Of a DNA stretch of 64,000 bases, positions 35,271-47,947 are shown piece by piece. The notes under the pieces were generated by a model. That model saw nothing but the letters and a program-made list of their open reading frames with translations, was not told the DNA's origin and ran no database searches. Numbering within the stretch: position 1 is the stretch's first letter; every line of letters starts with the position of its first letter. The position numbers were made by a program, and so were the translations under genes. This stretch comes from Phoronis australis (lineage: Eukaryota; Animalia; Phoronida): assembly GCA_002633005.1 (NCBI GenBank), contig NMRA01000903.1:1-64000 (forward strand), read 5' to 3'.

Positions 35271-38200
35271 GGTCAGAGAGATACACAAGCTGTTCTGCCA
35301 CCACAAGGCATACGCCACCAGAACAGTAAAAACATATAAATAAGAATTGTAGTTTATTCACCTTTCAGAAAATATATGATTTTTCGTGGAAAAAGCTAGC
35401 AGGATTAAGATAATTGCATGTAAGTACAACCTGGTAAAAAGTTCAAAGCTACCTTAAAAAGATCGTGGCGAATCTACTGCTTAGGGATACGAACGCGAGT
35501 TTTATTCGTTATAAACTTTTCAAGAATTTCTAGAAAAAAGCCCCGTCAGATTAGTGTTATTTTTGAAAAACAAACGAAATATAAACTTTTTCTCCCCAAT
35601 ACAATTTTCAAATTCTCCGCCCTAATAATACAGACGTGCGCACGTGTTCAAAGAAGTCGAAATGGCTGCTGCTTGAATACACCATTGTTAAGTTTGCATC
35701 AAAGGTCAAAGGTCACATTTTCCGTGTAACACACTTAAGCTACGTTTATATCTTTCCATATAAAATAATGACACGTGCTTTATCTTGTGGCAGAAATGTT
35801 GAAAATAAAAAAAAATAAAAACGTTTACCAACAAACCTTGAAAACACCTGGTTTGACTTCTGCTGAAGAGGAAGGGAACTACTTTCAACAATAAAATGTA
35901 GTCTGTTTTCCATTTTCAATTTCACTTAAATGGAAGACTGGTATTAAAGTGGCTTGGAACGTGAAAAATAGTATAAAATAAGAAAGTAAATGTTACTCAT
36001 CTTGCATGAAACCTGTATCATATCGTGGCGTACAAGTTTTTATGAAGGTTTCGTAAATATAGTGAGTTTTAGATGAATTTGGAGTATTTTTCTTTACGTT
36101 TGAAAGTGGACCAAAAAGACACGCCTTCGTGCTCGTCAAGTCCGACATTACAATCCCAAAATGCATTGCGGTGCCTTATTTGGAAATGGCCTGATGACCT
36201 CAGAGAGGTGAAAGGTCGTCGAAAGCAAAACACTGATGGCTGGTTTCGAAAGCACATCGACACCTCGATTGACTCAAAGAAGTCCCATTTCTGAAGTAAG
36301 TTATCGATTTATTTGGTTTCTATGCTCTCCCAAGTATGATCTAATATACTTATTGCCCAGGATTTCATTTATGTGCATTTCAAACGGAAAACGTTCTATT
36401 CATGTCTTATCGTTTAGTGAATGAAAATAGTCTGGCTCACCGATCGGCGTACGGTCAACATCGTAGACCATGTTGTGTATAATCTATAGTAAACATGAAC
36501 AATAACATTTTGCTAAAAACATTTCAATGCATCGTGACTGTACATAAGATTTATAACTAAAATGTATTTCGGGTGATTGTTAATTGTTACTACGTGATGA
36601 TTGCGTACAGGCCAAGGGGCCTCCCATGACTGGTGCAAGCAAAAATTACACAGCAACAGCATGAAGCGTGAGAAAATATCGAGCCCAACGGCAGAATTCC
36701 GGAACACCAGGTCCGTACCGCTAACCCCCACAACATTCGAGCCACCTGCGCATACAATCGAGCTTTGCCCATTTCTCCGAGGTGTCATGTTGGGCTCCCC
36801 TTGTGGTATCCTAGATTCGCCACTGGCGTATTCACCGTTTAGTAAGTGGCCGAGTAGTGCAAGTGCAGTTAGCTAACTCCTCAGCTGTTAGTGGTGGAAG
36901 AAAATGCAATCTGAATTTCTCTGAAAACCTTCATTGAACTTTCTTGTTTACCGATCAAAAAATCCCCCAAAAATTCTGGCCCAGGGTTTTCTTGAATTCT
37001 GGGGCCAAATGCACCCAGTTGGCCCAAAGTACATGTAGTCAATGCATTTTAGGGTTCAAATGGCCAAGTGCAATGACTTGATCAACTTAGTAATTATATT
37101 AAAATTATGCCTTAGTAATCACACTGTTATTTACAGTAATTCTAACCAATTACAAGGTGCTTCACAGCGAATTTTTAAATAAAACTTTAAAATTAGGAAG
37201 ATTAACTTTCTAATGCTAAATTTTGGTATCTTTTTGAACCTAAAACACAGTTTATCTCCCAATATCTCAAAAGCTGTTAACTCCAGTCATCTGATAATTT
37301 ACACTGTCATTACATGGAAAGATGTGATGATGATAAGTCACAGACACATATGTTCCAAGGACTGGTGGTAAATATATTGACCTAATTGTTCACCCAGTAA
37401 TAGTTTGCAATATGCATCATAATGAACATTCAGTCACAACAGCATTCAAAAAGTTTTATTTTATCGAGCATCATCATGATCCAAATAATTTTGCTTTTTT
37501 TCAAAGTATGTTACACATTTTCACTGACTATAACTACAAGCACTTAGCAATTTAGGGATTTGCACAAATCTGTGGTTTGCAATCAACTTCTGTTTTATTG
37601 AGCTGATCTCCACTTTTACATCTGACTACAATGAAACATCAATGATGTGTGGACTCATGGAAGAATACAAAGTTACATAATGCACGAAATAAGAGGTCAT
37701 TCCACTTGAGCAACATAACTGTGCTTAGAAATAAAAAGACAGAATCAATCTACACACCTTTGGACAAATGGAATGATAAATTGCACTTCCAGCAAATTTG
37801 TCCCACTAAAAACATCAGAAATTGCAGCAACATTAATTGAAAATAATTTTATTTCTACTGTCCATGGAGCATCTAATTATTATTCCAGAGGAGAAAATAA
37901 TAGAACATCTAGGTACTTTCATAATTCATTACATTATTCATTGGCTACAACATCAGCCGTTGCACAGTTTCAATTGCACAGAACTTGTCTAACACTTCAC
38001 CTGTGGCTAGAGAACAAAGAACTGTCAAAAGTAGCATGTTATTGCACCAGCAATTTTAGGAGGTACTGAAAGTCAAGGCTTTGTCGCACTGGCTGAGCAT
38101 AGAACAGACATTACGTTGTACGTTTTGTTTGAATGGACTTTATATGAGCATACAGTCAAGATTAATAGTGATGAACTCGAACCAGTGTTCAGTCTACCAT

Positions 38201-38402
38201 TGCATCAAAATATTAGAACAGAATGGTGACAACCTGGCCCACCTATCCATGGGGTAAAACGTGAAAAGAGCTTAGACTAACAGACTGGGGCTGAGAACTC
38301 ACTAATGGAATGCTCTCAGCAACCGAATTTTTTCACACATTACCAGTCCTGTTTGAAGCATTTGCTTTGGTTTGGAAATTACTGTCAATGTTAGGCATGG
38401 CT

Positions 38403-39356
38403 TTTGATTAACTTTGAGACTATATGAAATTTAAAAGGCCTGTTTATTTCCATAGGATATGTGGGAGAGCCATGAAAACAAGGAGAGGTGAAAGTGTAAC
38501 AGGAGGTAGAGGAAGGAAATGGAAGTCAGTCGCTACAATTACTCTAGGTCCAGCTTCAGTGACCCCAGCTCATCGTGGTCTGCAAGGTTATGCATCTTAT
38601 CAAGATGAAGTACAGGTACTTTATCATGAATAACAAACACGTGAAAAAACAACTCAAAAATTCTAGTTCAGAGAATAATTTATGACTTGTAAATATATAG
38701 AATATCCAATATTTAACTTTCTATGTCATTTTCATCTTGAAGAAATAAGGAGCCATTACATTTTACACAGATTTTCATGTGGTTATCATTTGTCTAATGG
38801 TGCAAAATAAGATGTGACATCAACTTTTGAATAAAGTTCCAGTTTTTTCTAGTAGTGAGCTGAGCTTGTAGCTAAGNTTTGATGAACTTTGAGACTATAT
38901 GAAATTTAAAAGGCCTGTTTATTTCCATAGGATATGTGGGAGAGCCATGAAAATAAGGAGAGGTGAAAGTGTAACAGGAGGTAGAGGAAGGAAATGGAAG
39001 TCAGTCGCTACAGCTACTCTAGGTCCAGCTTCAGTGACCCCAGCTCATCGTGGTCTGCAAGGTTATGCATCTTATCAAAATGACGTACAGGTACTTTATC
39101 ATGAATAACAAACACGTGAAAAAACAACTCAAAAATTCTAGTTCAGAGAATAATTTATGACTTGTAAATATATAGAATATCCAATATTTAACCTTCTATG
39201 TCATTTTACATCTTGAAGAAATAAGGAGCCAATACATTTTACACAGATTTTCATGTGGTTGTCATTTGTCTAATGATGCAAAATAAGATGTGACATCAAC
39301 TTTTGAATAAAGTTCCACTGAGTTTTTTCTAGTAGTGAGCTGAGCTTGTAGCTAAG
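38403..39356. repeat. ~475 bp direct duplication joined at N38877
   Basis: Near-identical copies with an N at the junction. Confidence 0.85.
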
Positions 39357-39758
39357 TGAATTATAAGAATACAAGATGGGATAAATATCTCCTTTCCATA
39401 ATTAGTGAAAAATCTCCTAATTTTCAGAGAAAAGTAAATGCAATGACCAAATGAGCAAGTGCGACACCTTTCGGAGAAGGAGGTAGAAAGAGAGTGTTGA
39501 ACCTTAACAGAAGAAATCCGAACATCACTCATTCTTTGCAAGACACGCTGATGAGATTTGAAAGGGAAAGGAGGGTGTCATAAAAACAATAAATTTGCTA
39601 TCGTCCACGGCTGAGTGTGCACCAGCTGCATCATGAATTCTGTGGACACCACTGAAACCTGTAGACAACGTGTCATCATAGTCTCCATAGCGGTACACAT
39701 TGATGCTTTCTCCTGCAACTTCCTCCCCACCAAACTCTTCATCTCCAAATCCAACATC

Positions 39759-40040
39759 GCTAATATCCACATCATCAAGGATACTTTCTGGACTGCAACA
39801 AGAGAAAGCGTGATGGTCTTGCCCTTTAGAATTTCAAAAACGACACAACACCTAGCTCCCGTAACGCACTTGAAGAACTACTAAGTAACAGGAGTTATCT
39901 CTTCCTGCTAATATCCACATCATCAAGGATACTTTCTGGACTGCAACAAGAGAAAGCGTGATGATCTTGCCCTTTAGAATTTCAAAAACGACACAACACC
40001 TAGCTCCCATAACGCACTTGAAGAACTACTGAGTAACAGG
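39759..40040. repeat. Local tandem duplication of ~132 bp (period ~148 bp)
   Basis: GCTAATATCCACATCATCAAGG...GAAGAACTACT.AGTAACAGG occurs twice, with no N at the junction. Confidence 0.85.
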
Positions 40041-41227
40041 GCTCGCATTATGTGCACTGGAGAACAGTTAAATACAGTTCGTTCAGAATTCAAATGTTTT
40101 ATACATATAGCGTTTGATGACGCCTTACGATGCCTTCTATAGTCATTTTGCAGAACCTAATGGTTAGTACTGTGAAAGGATTTCTGTCCTGTCAGGGCTT
40201 CCAACCTGAGATTCATTGCTGTCCATGCACTAAGCTATTATGACCAATCGTCAGTAGAAGATATATTTCAATAAATACATTAACATTGTCAGCACTGAAC
40301 AATAATGATATATTTTTATTAAAAATTGGATAACTCATAATTTAAATGTGTACACAATGGTTATGTTGCACTTACAGTTATCGTCCAGGTCATCGCATGC
40401 TAGGTCCTCAGAAACATCAATCAATAGCCTGTAATATAGAGAGTCAAAACTGTTCGAGTGTTTCTCTTTTAAAGCATTGGTCAGTCTGTATTTATTGGAT
40501 TTCACCACATATCGCCTAACCACGATTAAGTTATGGTAAAAAAACAATCCATGTACCGCATGGTCTCTATATTTAGAACTCAGAAAACAGATTTAGGAAA
40601 TTCTATCCAGAACACACACCTATGACTTGATGTCACAAATTTCATGGATTGTCTATGCTACTGATAAAAACTCCTCAAAATCCCAACGTTGCCTTTGAAA
40701 ATAAACTTTTAAATTATACAGCAATCAACTTCAAAAAAGAAAAAATGTCTAATTCGGTGCAAAGACATGTATGTGCAAATGCAATCAGTGAATTCAACTC
40801 TGCCCAAACTATATTCAAATAAGTTGGGAATACCAATGTGTCACGTTAAAAACACAAATATGACAAGATTAGTTGCAGGATTACCTATAAAACCATACCT
40901 AATAGGTGGTATTTAGTCAAAAGTGTCGCCAAAACTGCTGCCCATCTCCTTTTTGATGTATTTACTTTTAGTTACATCTTTGCAAATCACAAATATATAC
41001 AGTGCATGTAAACAGAGTATGCAAAATTCAGTCATGCTTGGAAGAGAAACCTGTGCACACCATTCATGACCATACCTGACATGTAGAAAAATCCATTTTA
41101 TTGGAATATACCATGCAAAATATATGGGCAAAATATTTCACAATTCAATCATCAGTTAGAACACTAAATAGTTTGTTGTCAAGATAATTCATGAGCACTG
41201 ACTAGTTCTCTCAAATTTTAAAGATAA

Positions 41228-41444
41228 GGGGCCTGTTCTAACAGAACTGACTTAGCTAAGGCAATTTTCAACTTTTAGTAAATTTTAAAATAAAGTTAAA
41301 TTTGTCTTAAAACCAATTCAAGAAAGTGTTTGACATAAGTTTTGTCTTAACTTACCAAAATTGGAAGTTTCAAAGTTTGGAAGTTAAAGACAAATCTTAG
41401 ACTTAAGTCAGAAATGATCTTGTCAATTTCTTGGAACAGACTCC
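41228..41444. mobile_element. PIF/Harbinger (Tourist-like) MITE, copy 1
   Basis: GGGGCCTGTTCTAA...TTGGAACAGACTCC; homologous to 43226-43471. Confidence 0.65.
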
Positions 41445-43225
41445 AGTACTTTCACATCACCTTTGTAATGAATGGCCTGGATACAAACATCAAGGCTTCG
41501 TCGTCACAGACAGAATCAATTGCATCGATTCCAGAAAGCTCAAGCCCACTGAAAATTTACCATTGCCATAATCACATTCAGGTGATAAAGAAAGTTACCA
41601 CGAGTTCAACACTTGTCAGCAACTAATCGAGGGTGCCAGGCAGTCATACGTACAGACTTTGAGTCATACGCACAAAACACTGCATCATTTGGAAGAACGC
41701 TTCATTTATACATACGAACCACAACATGATGTGTACAAACAGAAAGTCATGCACACAAAATAACTAATCAGATATACAAATAACATGTAAGAACATAGTT
41801 CTTCTACAGATACATTTTATGTTGCCATTTTGCTTAGTGCTAGACTCCTTGGGAAAACGAATGATGACCACCATCACTAGAAAATGTTTACGTAATTATG
41901 TGATACTACTTCATACCCCTGTTTTTTGTTTTATCTGTTTTTTTTAAGTTGGTTTACATGCATGAATTTTTGTTCACACATTTGATATGGTTTGTATCTA
42001 CGACTCAAGTGAATAATGGTTCGTACATATGAATCGAAGTTTGCATGTTTGATTGCCTTGTTCTCGTTAAACAGGGATATTTCAATTGGTGCAGTTTAGA
42101 AGCTCATAATTGTGAGAGACATGGTCAAATAAGCCTACGGTTTTTACATTTTCACTTTTGACATCCCAAGGCTTAATGAGTGCAAGCTCAGTAATATTTC
42201 TAACAATGGAAAGCTGGAATGATTTGATTTAAATTAGTAACCCTCACAAAAAACTGACTTGGAGTTTTCAACAAATGCAATTTTCCAGGTCATGTATTGT
42301 CGTAGACACGAATACTAGTAGGTGAAGATGTACACAATATGCTTTCACTGAAAAAATAATTTCTAGAATACCTTTGAACAAACTGGGGAGTTGCAGGTGT
42401 TGCTGATACGGCTTTAGGTTCTGACTCTGTGGACACTTGTCTAGACATTGTTGAAAATCTTTCACTTTGTGCCACTTCATACCTACAGTGCAAAAATGAA
42501 ATTACAATAACCTAGTTATTAACTACAGGTACAGATGTCAAAGCATACAGGTGGTACAATTCGCCACCATAATAACAACCAAACTACATGAATAACCATC
42601 ACAAAAACGCGAGTGCAATTCATTACTAAATTTCTTGTTGCGAATTGGAATTTGTTACCAAAAATTATCCTCAGTTAATGTATTTTTGAATTTTGAAAAT
42701 TGATCAACGAACGTTTGTGCTTTTGCTTTGTTAACNTTGAGGTCAACACAGGTTTCTGCAAAAACAATGTTTACAAACAGCAATAGCAAAACTTCAGTAA
42801 AATAAGGTCGAATCATTAAATGCTGAAAATGTGCATAGCACTGCCAGATATTCGCACTTTTATTCTTAAAAATTGATCAAAATCCGTAGACATATTTAGC
42901 TGTGAGGTGCATCCACAACACACTCGGTTGAAGCACGGAATCATGGTTAGTAACAACAAAAACCCATAAATAGCCTTACTTCGATGCCAAAACTGCACTG
43001 GGATATTCACAAAACGAGTAAAAATAAATGAAATGAATGAAATACTGTTGATACCTACCAACTTAGCAGTACCTTAGACTAAAACCACACTAGAGTGTCA
43101 ACCGGATACATAACAGGCATCTAAAACAATACGAAACAAACACATTAAGACCACATAGAACATGTCCATGTCAGCAATAAATGAAAGAAAGGGTTTTTTC
43201 TTGCAGTCTCATTAGTAAAGATTTG

Positions 43226-43471
43226 GGGCCCATTCCAACAAAACTGACTTAGCTAAGACAAATCTTAAAGTTAAGTAAATTTTGAAATAAAAGTTATTTT
43301 TTTCTCAAAACCAATTCAGGAAAGAGATCTTGAGTTTGACTTAAGAGTTTGACAAGTTTTGTCTTAATTTTGACAAACTTACCGAATGTTGAAGTATCAA
43401 AGTTTGGAAGTAAAGACAAATCTTAAACTTAAGTTAAAAGTGAACTTAAGTCAGTTTCTTGGAACAGGCCC
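43226..43471. mobile_element. PIF/Harbinger (Tourist-like) MITE, copy 2
   Basis: GGGCCCATTCCAA...TTGGAACAGGCCC, flanked by a 3 bp TTG direct repeat. Confidence 0.7.
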
Positions 43472-43778
43472 TTGATGTAGTTAAGCCTATTTGAGCACCA
43501 ATGAAACAGCAAACGTAACCTTGACCTTTTAAATTAAGGGGCACATGCCCCATGCTATGTGATTTTGTAGTTGTCTTCTCATGAATTTCTGATAATTATT
43601 CTGGAACCTTTGAAATTTTCCAAGTTGGTGGGGATAATTTCAGAAAAACATGGTAATAGGTCAATAGATCTACAGGGTCACGTGATGTGTTTGAGCGCGA
43701 AAAGCTAAATTCGAATTGCTCGTCGAATTTTCTGCATATACCTCATTTTCCTCAATATCTTGACTAACTCATCTAACT

Positions 43779-44432
43779 ATGACTTCAACAACGAGAAGTA
43801 AAACACGCCTGCAAAGCTACACAGATGGGGAAGAAGACGAATGTCTTGTTGAAGCGCTTCTGAGGGCGTTCTCAAATGACAAGATTCAACACGCCCTGTA
43901 CTCCAAATTTATTGAACCACATATTACAACCATCACGGCGAAATACGAGGATATGATACGTAGCAAAGACAGTGAGATTGTATCATTGAAAGCTGAAGTG
44001 GGTCAACTCAAATTTAACCTGGATTTACAAGAACAATACAGCAGAAGAGAATGTGTCATTATAAGTGGAATCAAAGAAGACGACAACGAGGACGTTACTA
44101 GCAAGGTTATTAATATTGGCAAGAAGATAAACATCAACCTAACACGCAAAGACATAATCAGAGCCCACGGACTAGGTAAACCATCAGCAAATAAAACCAG
44201 AAACCTTATCTGCAAATTCATTTCTTATACCGATCGTCTAACCTTTATTAAAAAACGCAAACTTCTGGCCGGTGACAAGATCTTCATCAGTGAAAGTCTA
44301 ACTAAGCGACGATCAGCCTTGTTCTACAAATGCCGCCAAATGTGTAACGATAGAAACATCCCTTGCGAGAAAACTTGGACAACTGATGATGCAATATTCC
44401 TGAAAATGAACGACAAGCGAATAGTGCACTGA
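43779..44432 (+). CDS. LINE ORF1-type protein (coiled coil, RRM-like and C-terminal domain), 217 aa, with no ORF2 downstream
   Basis: EQYSRRECVIISGIKE...DIIRAHGLG...RNLICKFISY...IFISESLTKRRSALF...WT; homologous to the ORF at 57867-58265. Confidence 0.8.
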   Translation: MTSTTRSKTRLQSYTDGEEDECLVEALLRAFSNDKIQHALYSKFIEPHITTITAKYEDMIRSKDSEIVSLKAEVGQLKFNLDLQEQYSRRECVIISGIKEDDNEDVTSKVINIGKKININLTRKDIIRAHGLGKPSANKTRNLICKFISYTDRLTFIKKRKLLAGDKIFISESLTKRRSALFYKCRQMCNDRNIPCEKTWTTDDAIFLKMNDKRIVH

Positions 44433-46284
44433 TGATTACTGGGCACCTGTGGTGCGCTTGGTCAACAGTCTGGAAACCTTACACGAACGATATACCGACA
44501 TCCCGATTGTGTTTCCAACTTTCATTACCTATTGCCTCAGCACGCACAGTGTTGAAACTATTTCGGGCAAACTGACTGCAGGACACCTATGGCGACCTGG
44601 GTCACAAGCTAGATTCGATTCATTCAGGACTGTCTCATGTAACACTAAGTTCAGTCACAAGACTAACTTGTGTACACCCAGCACGGGGTATAGTGTCAAA
44701 CTGAATCCCGGTATCTGTGCATGGAGATACACCCTCACCGCATCTCTATTATACATGTAGACCACCTGGGGTCGCTACCGTCGACTGCCTCATAAATTGT
44801 CAATGTCGGTGACTGAAACGAGCACGTTATCACTGTTCACTGACACTGACAGTGACACTTTGTGATATTTAGCAGTGGTTGCTTGATTCTCAAAATTAAG
44901 GATAGTCGTATCCGACAAGTGCCCAAAAATACTCACCTATGTATGAATACAGTCCGAACGATATGGGTACTACCTCAAGTACAGCAAGCCAGATATGACA
45001 ACCAGGAATAACTGCGAAATTACTTAAGTACCGACTTTCGGCTTCGCGAAAATAAACCGTTTGCGCATGCCCAGAATGACGTAACCATCTGCACTGACAT
45101 ATCACCCACCACCGCAAATTTTTCCACTTAAAATTATAATGTCCCGCACAATATAATAGGGACGTGCGATGCTCCGATTACTGGTGCACAAGGGATTTCT
45201 AAAAATGCACTAAACCATTTTAATATCCCGAAGGATTCTCGACAATTTTTGGAAGGGATTGCAGCTGGAAACTTAGTCCTATACCGGGGTGAAAAATGAG
45301 AATCCCGCTAGCCTGCATGTATTCAGTTGACTCCCAGCATATTTGCGCGGCAGTGGATTATCGGATGCTCCATTTAAATTATATATGCAAGACGGGCATT
45401 TTCTCATATTCTACATGGGGACAATGGTTACTTTCACACGGGTACGCCCATTGCTGGGCGATTTCGTGTTGCTATGAGTCATGTTTTCACCGAGATAGTT
45501 TTGTTCCTGCAAGCCACTCAGAGTTCCGTTTTGGAGATTATGGTGTTGGAAATGACACATGAACGGCGAAGCACTGAAAAAGTGGAGACGCTAAAGCCCC
45601 CTCAACTTAACCCTCTGTAGTGCACCGCCTATAGACCATGTGTGACGTAGCACTGAAAAAAGTTGGGGGCTATAGTCCCCTCCATTCCCCTATGGTGTGC
45701 CGCCCATGTGACACCCTTGGAGTTTCTCAGTGTGGAAAAGTCACCCTGGAACGGCACATTCCATGAAATTCTCCTCTCTAGGTTCTTTTCAAATAGCACT
45801 ATCTTTTTTAAGTCTTAATGAGTTGCGAATCTTAAGTATAATCACCGGAACTAATTTGTTTATGATTAAAATTATTGCATCGGCCAGCAAACTGATACAC
45901 CAGGAGTAATGAGTCTACACCCAAACTGTAAACGAGTTAACTGCGTAATTAGGTATTGTTCATTTAGGGTGCCAAAAAGGCGACTTTTTTATTTTATTCA
46001 AGTGAAGCGAAAATTTGAATAAAAAATATTTGATTTGCTAAAAACATTTTATTTTGTATTTTGTTGCCACATTAAAAAAATATGTATGTCACGGTTGCAT
46101 TAAATTGCGTCGTTTGAAATATGTGACTTCAGCAGTTTCGGTTGACAATTTTATATAACACCATTAATTGTGTGAGACTATAAAAGCACAAATTGCGCAA
46201 TAAATAAGTTGTACATATCAAGAATTTAGAGATGATTTCGGTAAAAAAGCGAGCGTCACGTCCTTGGCTTTGAGTGAGACTGAA

Positions 46285-47947
46285 GACAGGTCCAAAGAAG
46301 AAAGGCAATGGCACAGTGTAGGTGTGGTAATGAAAGAGGGTCAACAAGGAGTGTTGATGGGAACAACAAATCTTGGAGTGAAGAAAAACGAGGTTTTTTT
46401 TGGTGACAAATATAAATGCAAAAGAAACGGCATTCTTCACAGACTCAACGTCTGAGGTAAGTGTCTTCAAATTCTGAAGTGTAAATTATACATTTTTTTT
46501 AAGTTCGAAATTTTATAATTGCATTTTGTTGTAATTTTGTAAAAATGATTTTAAAACACAAAGACTACAAGTTCATTAGCCGCTTTTCGCCGTGTTTGAA
46601 TTGATCGTGATTTTTATTAATTACTCCAGATATTCGACGCCATGCTGTTTCTTGTGACCTAACATATCTTCGATGAATATACAGTAACAACCCGTCGAAC
46701 GGGGAAATCCGGGACATCCGATCTTTACCCATAAAAAGACGCCTGTCGGTGCAAGGATGCGTTAGTGCTGTAAGTCCATTTGTACACGTATTGGTTATTC
46801 GTACAATAGTGCTGATTGGCAAACCGACTAAAACATGACAGATTTGCATACGTTTATTATGCAAGTCTACCTGGGACTGTTGATTACGTCAGTTTCGTTT
46901 ACACAACTCTGACAAATTAATATTTTACTGAAATCTTTTTGAACGCATTTCCAATATGCTAAATTATACCATGACACTTGTTGTTGCATTGGTTAAGCGA
47001 AGAACTTAGGATCTTAGGTGTCTGGGTTACGCCGTTACGGAGATTGTAGAATTGCCAGTCGACATACAAAGGCACAAACAAGTATTTCTGCGTTTTTTCT
47101 ACAATGTTTTAGTACTCCAATAATGCAAAAATTGCAACATGCCGCATATGAGCTCTGCAACTATTTGCACTGATTCGGATCCCTCTGTCATACCAATGAG
47201 CTATACCAGGTATAGCTCATTGGTCATACGCATTCGCCTGTACCAACGTTTTTACAAGATGTTTCTATTCATCAGTCCCGAATATACAGTAGGCTCATGC
47301 GCCAAAGCTACGAAATCAGACGAACAGTAAAACTTCTAATAAACGTCGAGGCGTCTATTTTTTCACACGTGCTCCAGACCTGTCGGTTATTAGGGGGGAG
47401 GTGTTTATTGGGGGAAAGTGTTTATTTTCAGGCCAACGGAAGTCCAACGCATGGCACAGGTATCTTACGATCCCGAACAAAACATTCGTTCTTATAAATC
47501 GTGTTATTACGTGATTTTCAAGCATGGTTTTACGTCATTAGTATCCTGAAATGTCGTACACATATTTTCCGCATAAGTTTTGGTATTCAGATGGGCTATT
47601 TATTAGAAAGGAGTGTTTATCACGGATCTGTGCATCTAGTCCCCCGGCGTTTGTTAGAGGGTGACGTTTGTTCGAAGTTTCACGGAAACGCCACAATTGG
47701 CCGTGTGTTCACCTGCTTATTTTCTACAGATTGACGACACTCTACAGACTAAAGGGGGGGGGGGGAAAGAAGGCTGACATTGACCAATCCGGAGGATCAA
47801 CAAACGGTGGTCTTAGTCCTGTGGGGCGACAAGACACAACTTGCAAACGAGTTTAATTTGCACGACAAGGTGTCGGTCAGTTGTGTCGACGTCACAACAT
47901 TCAACATGGAAAAACAATTGCAATTCACCGGAGATACAAAAGTCACG
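46285..47947 (+). pseudogene. Spliced OB-fold (RPA/SSB-like) gene relic
   Basis: Exon ~47730-47947 (tttctacag|...|GTA) reads RLTLTNPEDQQTVVLVLWGDKTQLANEFNLHDKVSVSCVDVTTFNMEKQLQFTGDTKVT after a G12 run. An upstream exon-like piece ends GAG|GTAAGT at 46457. Confidence 0.5.
47325..47686. mobile_element. Tc1/pogo-like MITE in an intron of the OB-fold relic
   Basis: Imperfect TIRs CAGTAAAACTTCTAATAAACGTC and GACGTTTGTTCGAAGTTTCACGG, with repeated TTATTAG/TTATTGG subterminal motifs. Confidence 0.5.

Larger units (their letters stand above)
37991..42735 (-). mobile_element. Spliced Kolobok-like transposase relic, copy A
   Basis: Exon-like pieces at ~42482-42290, 40418-40367 (acidic, GTAAGT donor) and ~39790-39430 (acidic tract, DDSKFIVF, then CRTCSFGH). 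Segments 42165-42735 and 37991-38216 recur inverted at 63-64 kb. Confidence 0.5.

Noticed and set aside
36180-36295. Possible hammerhead ribozyme (CTGATGA...GAAA...GTC with GAAATGG/CCATTTC pairing)
   Set aside because: Stem III cannot form (GAAAG opposite GTC), the stem II closure is wrong and the stem I register is off by one.
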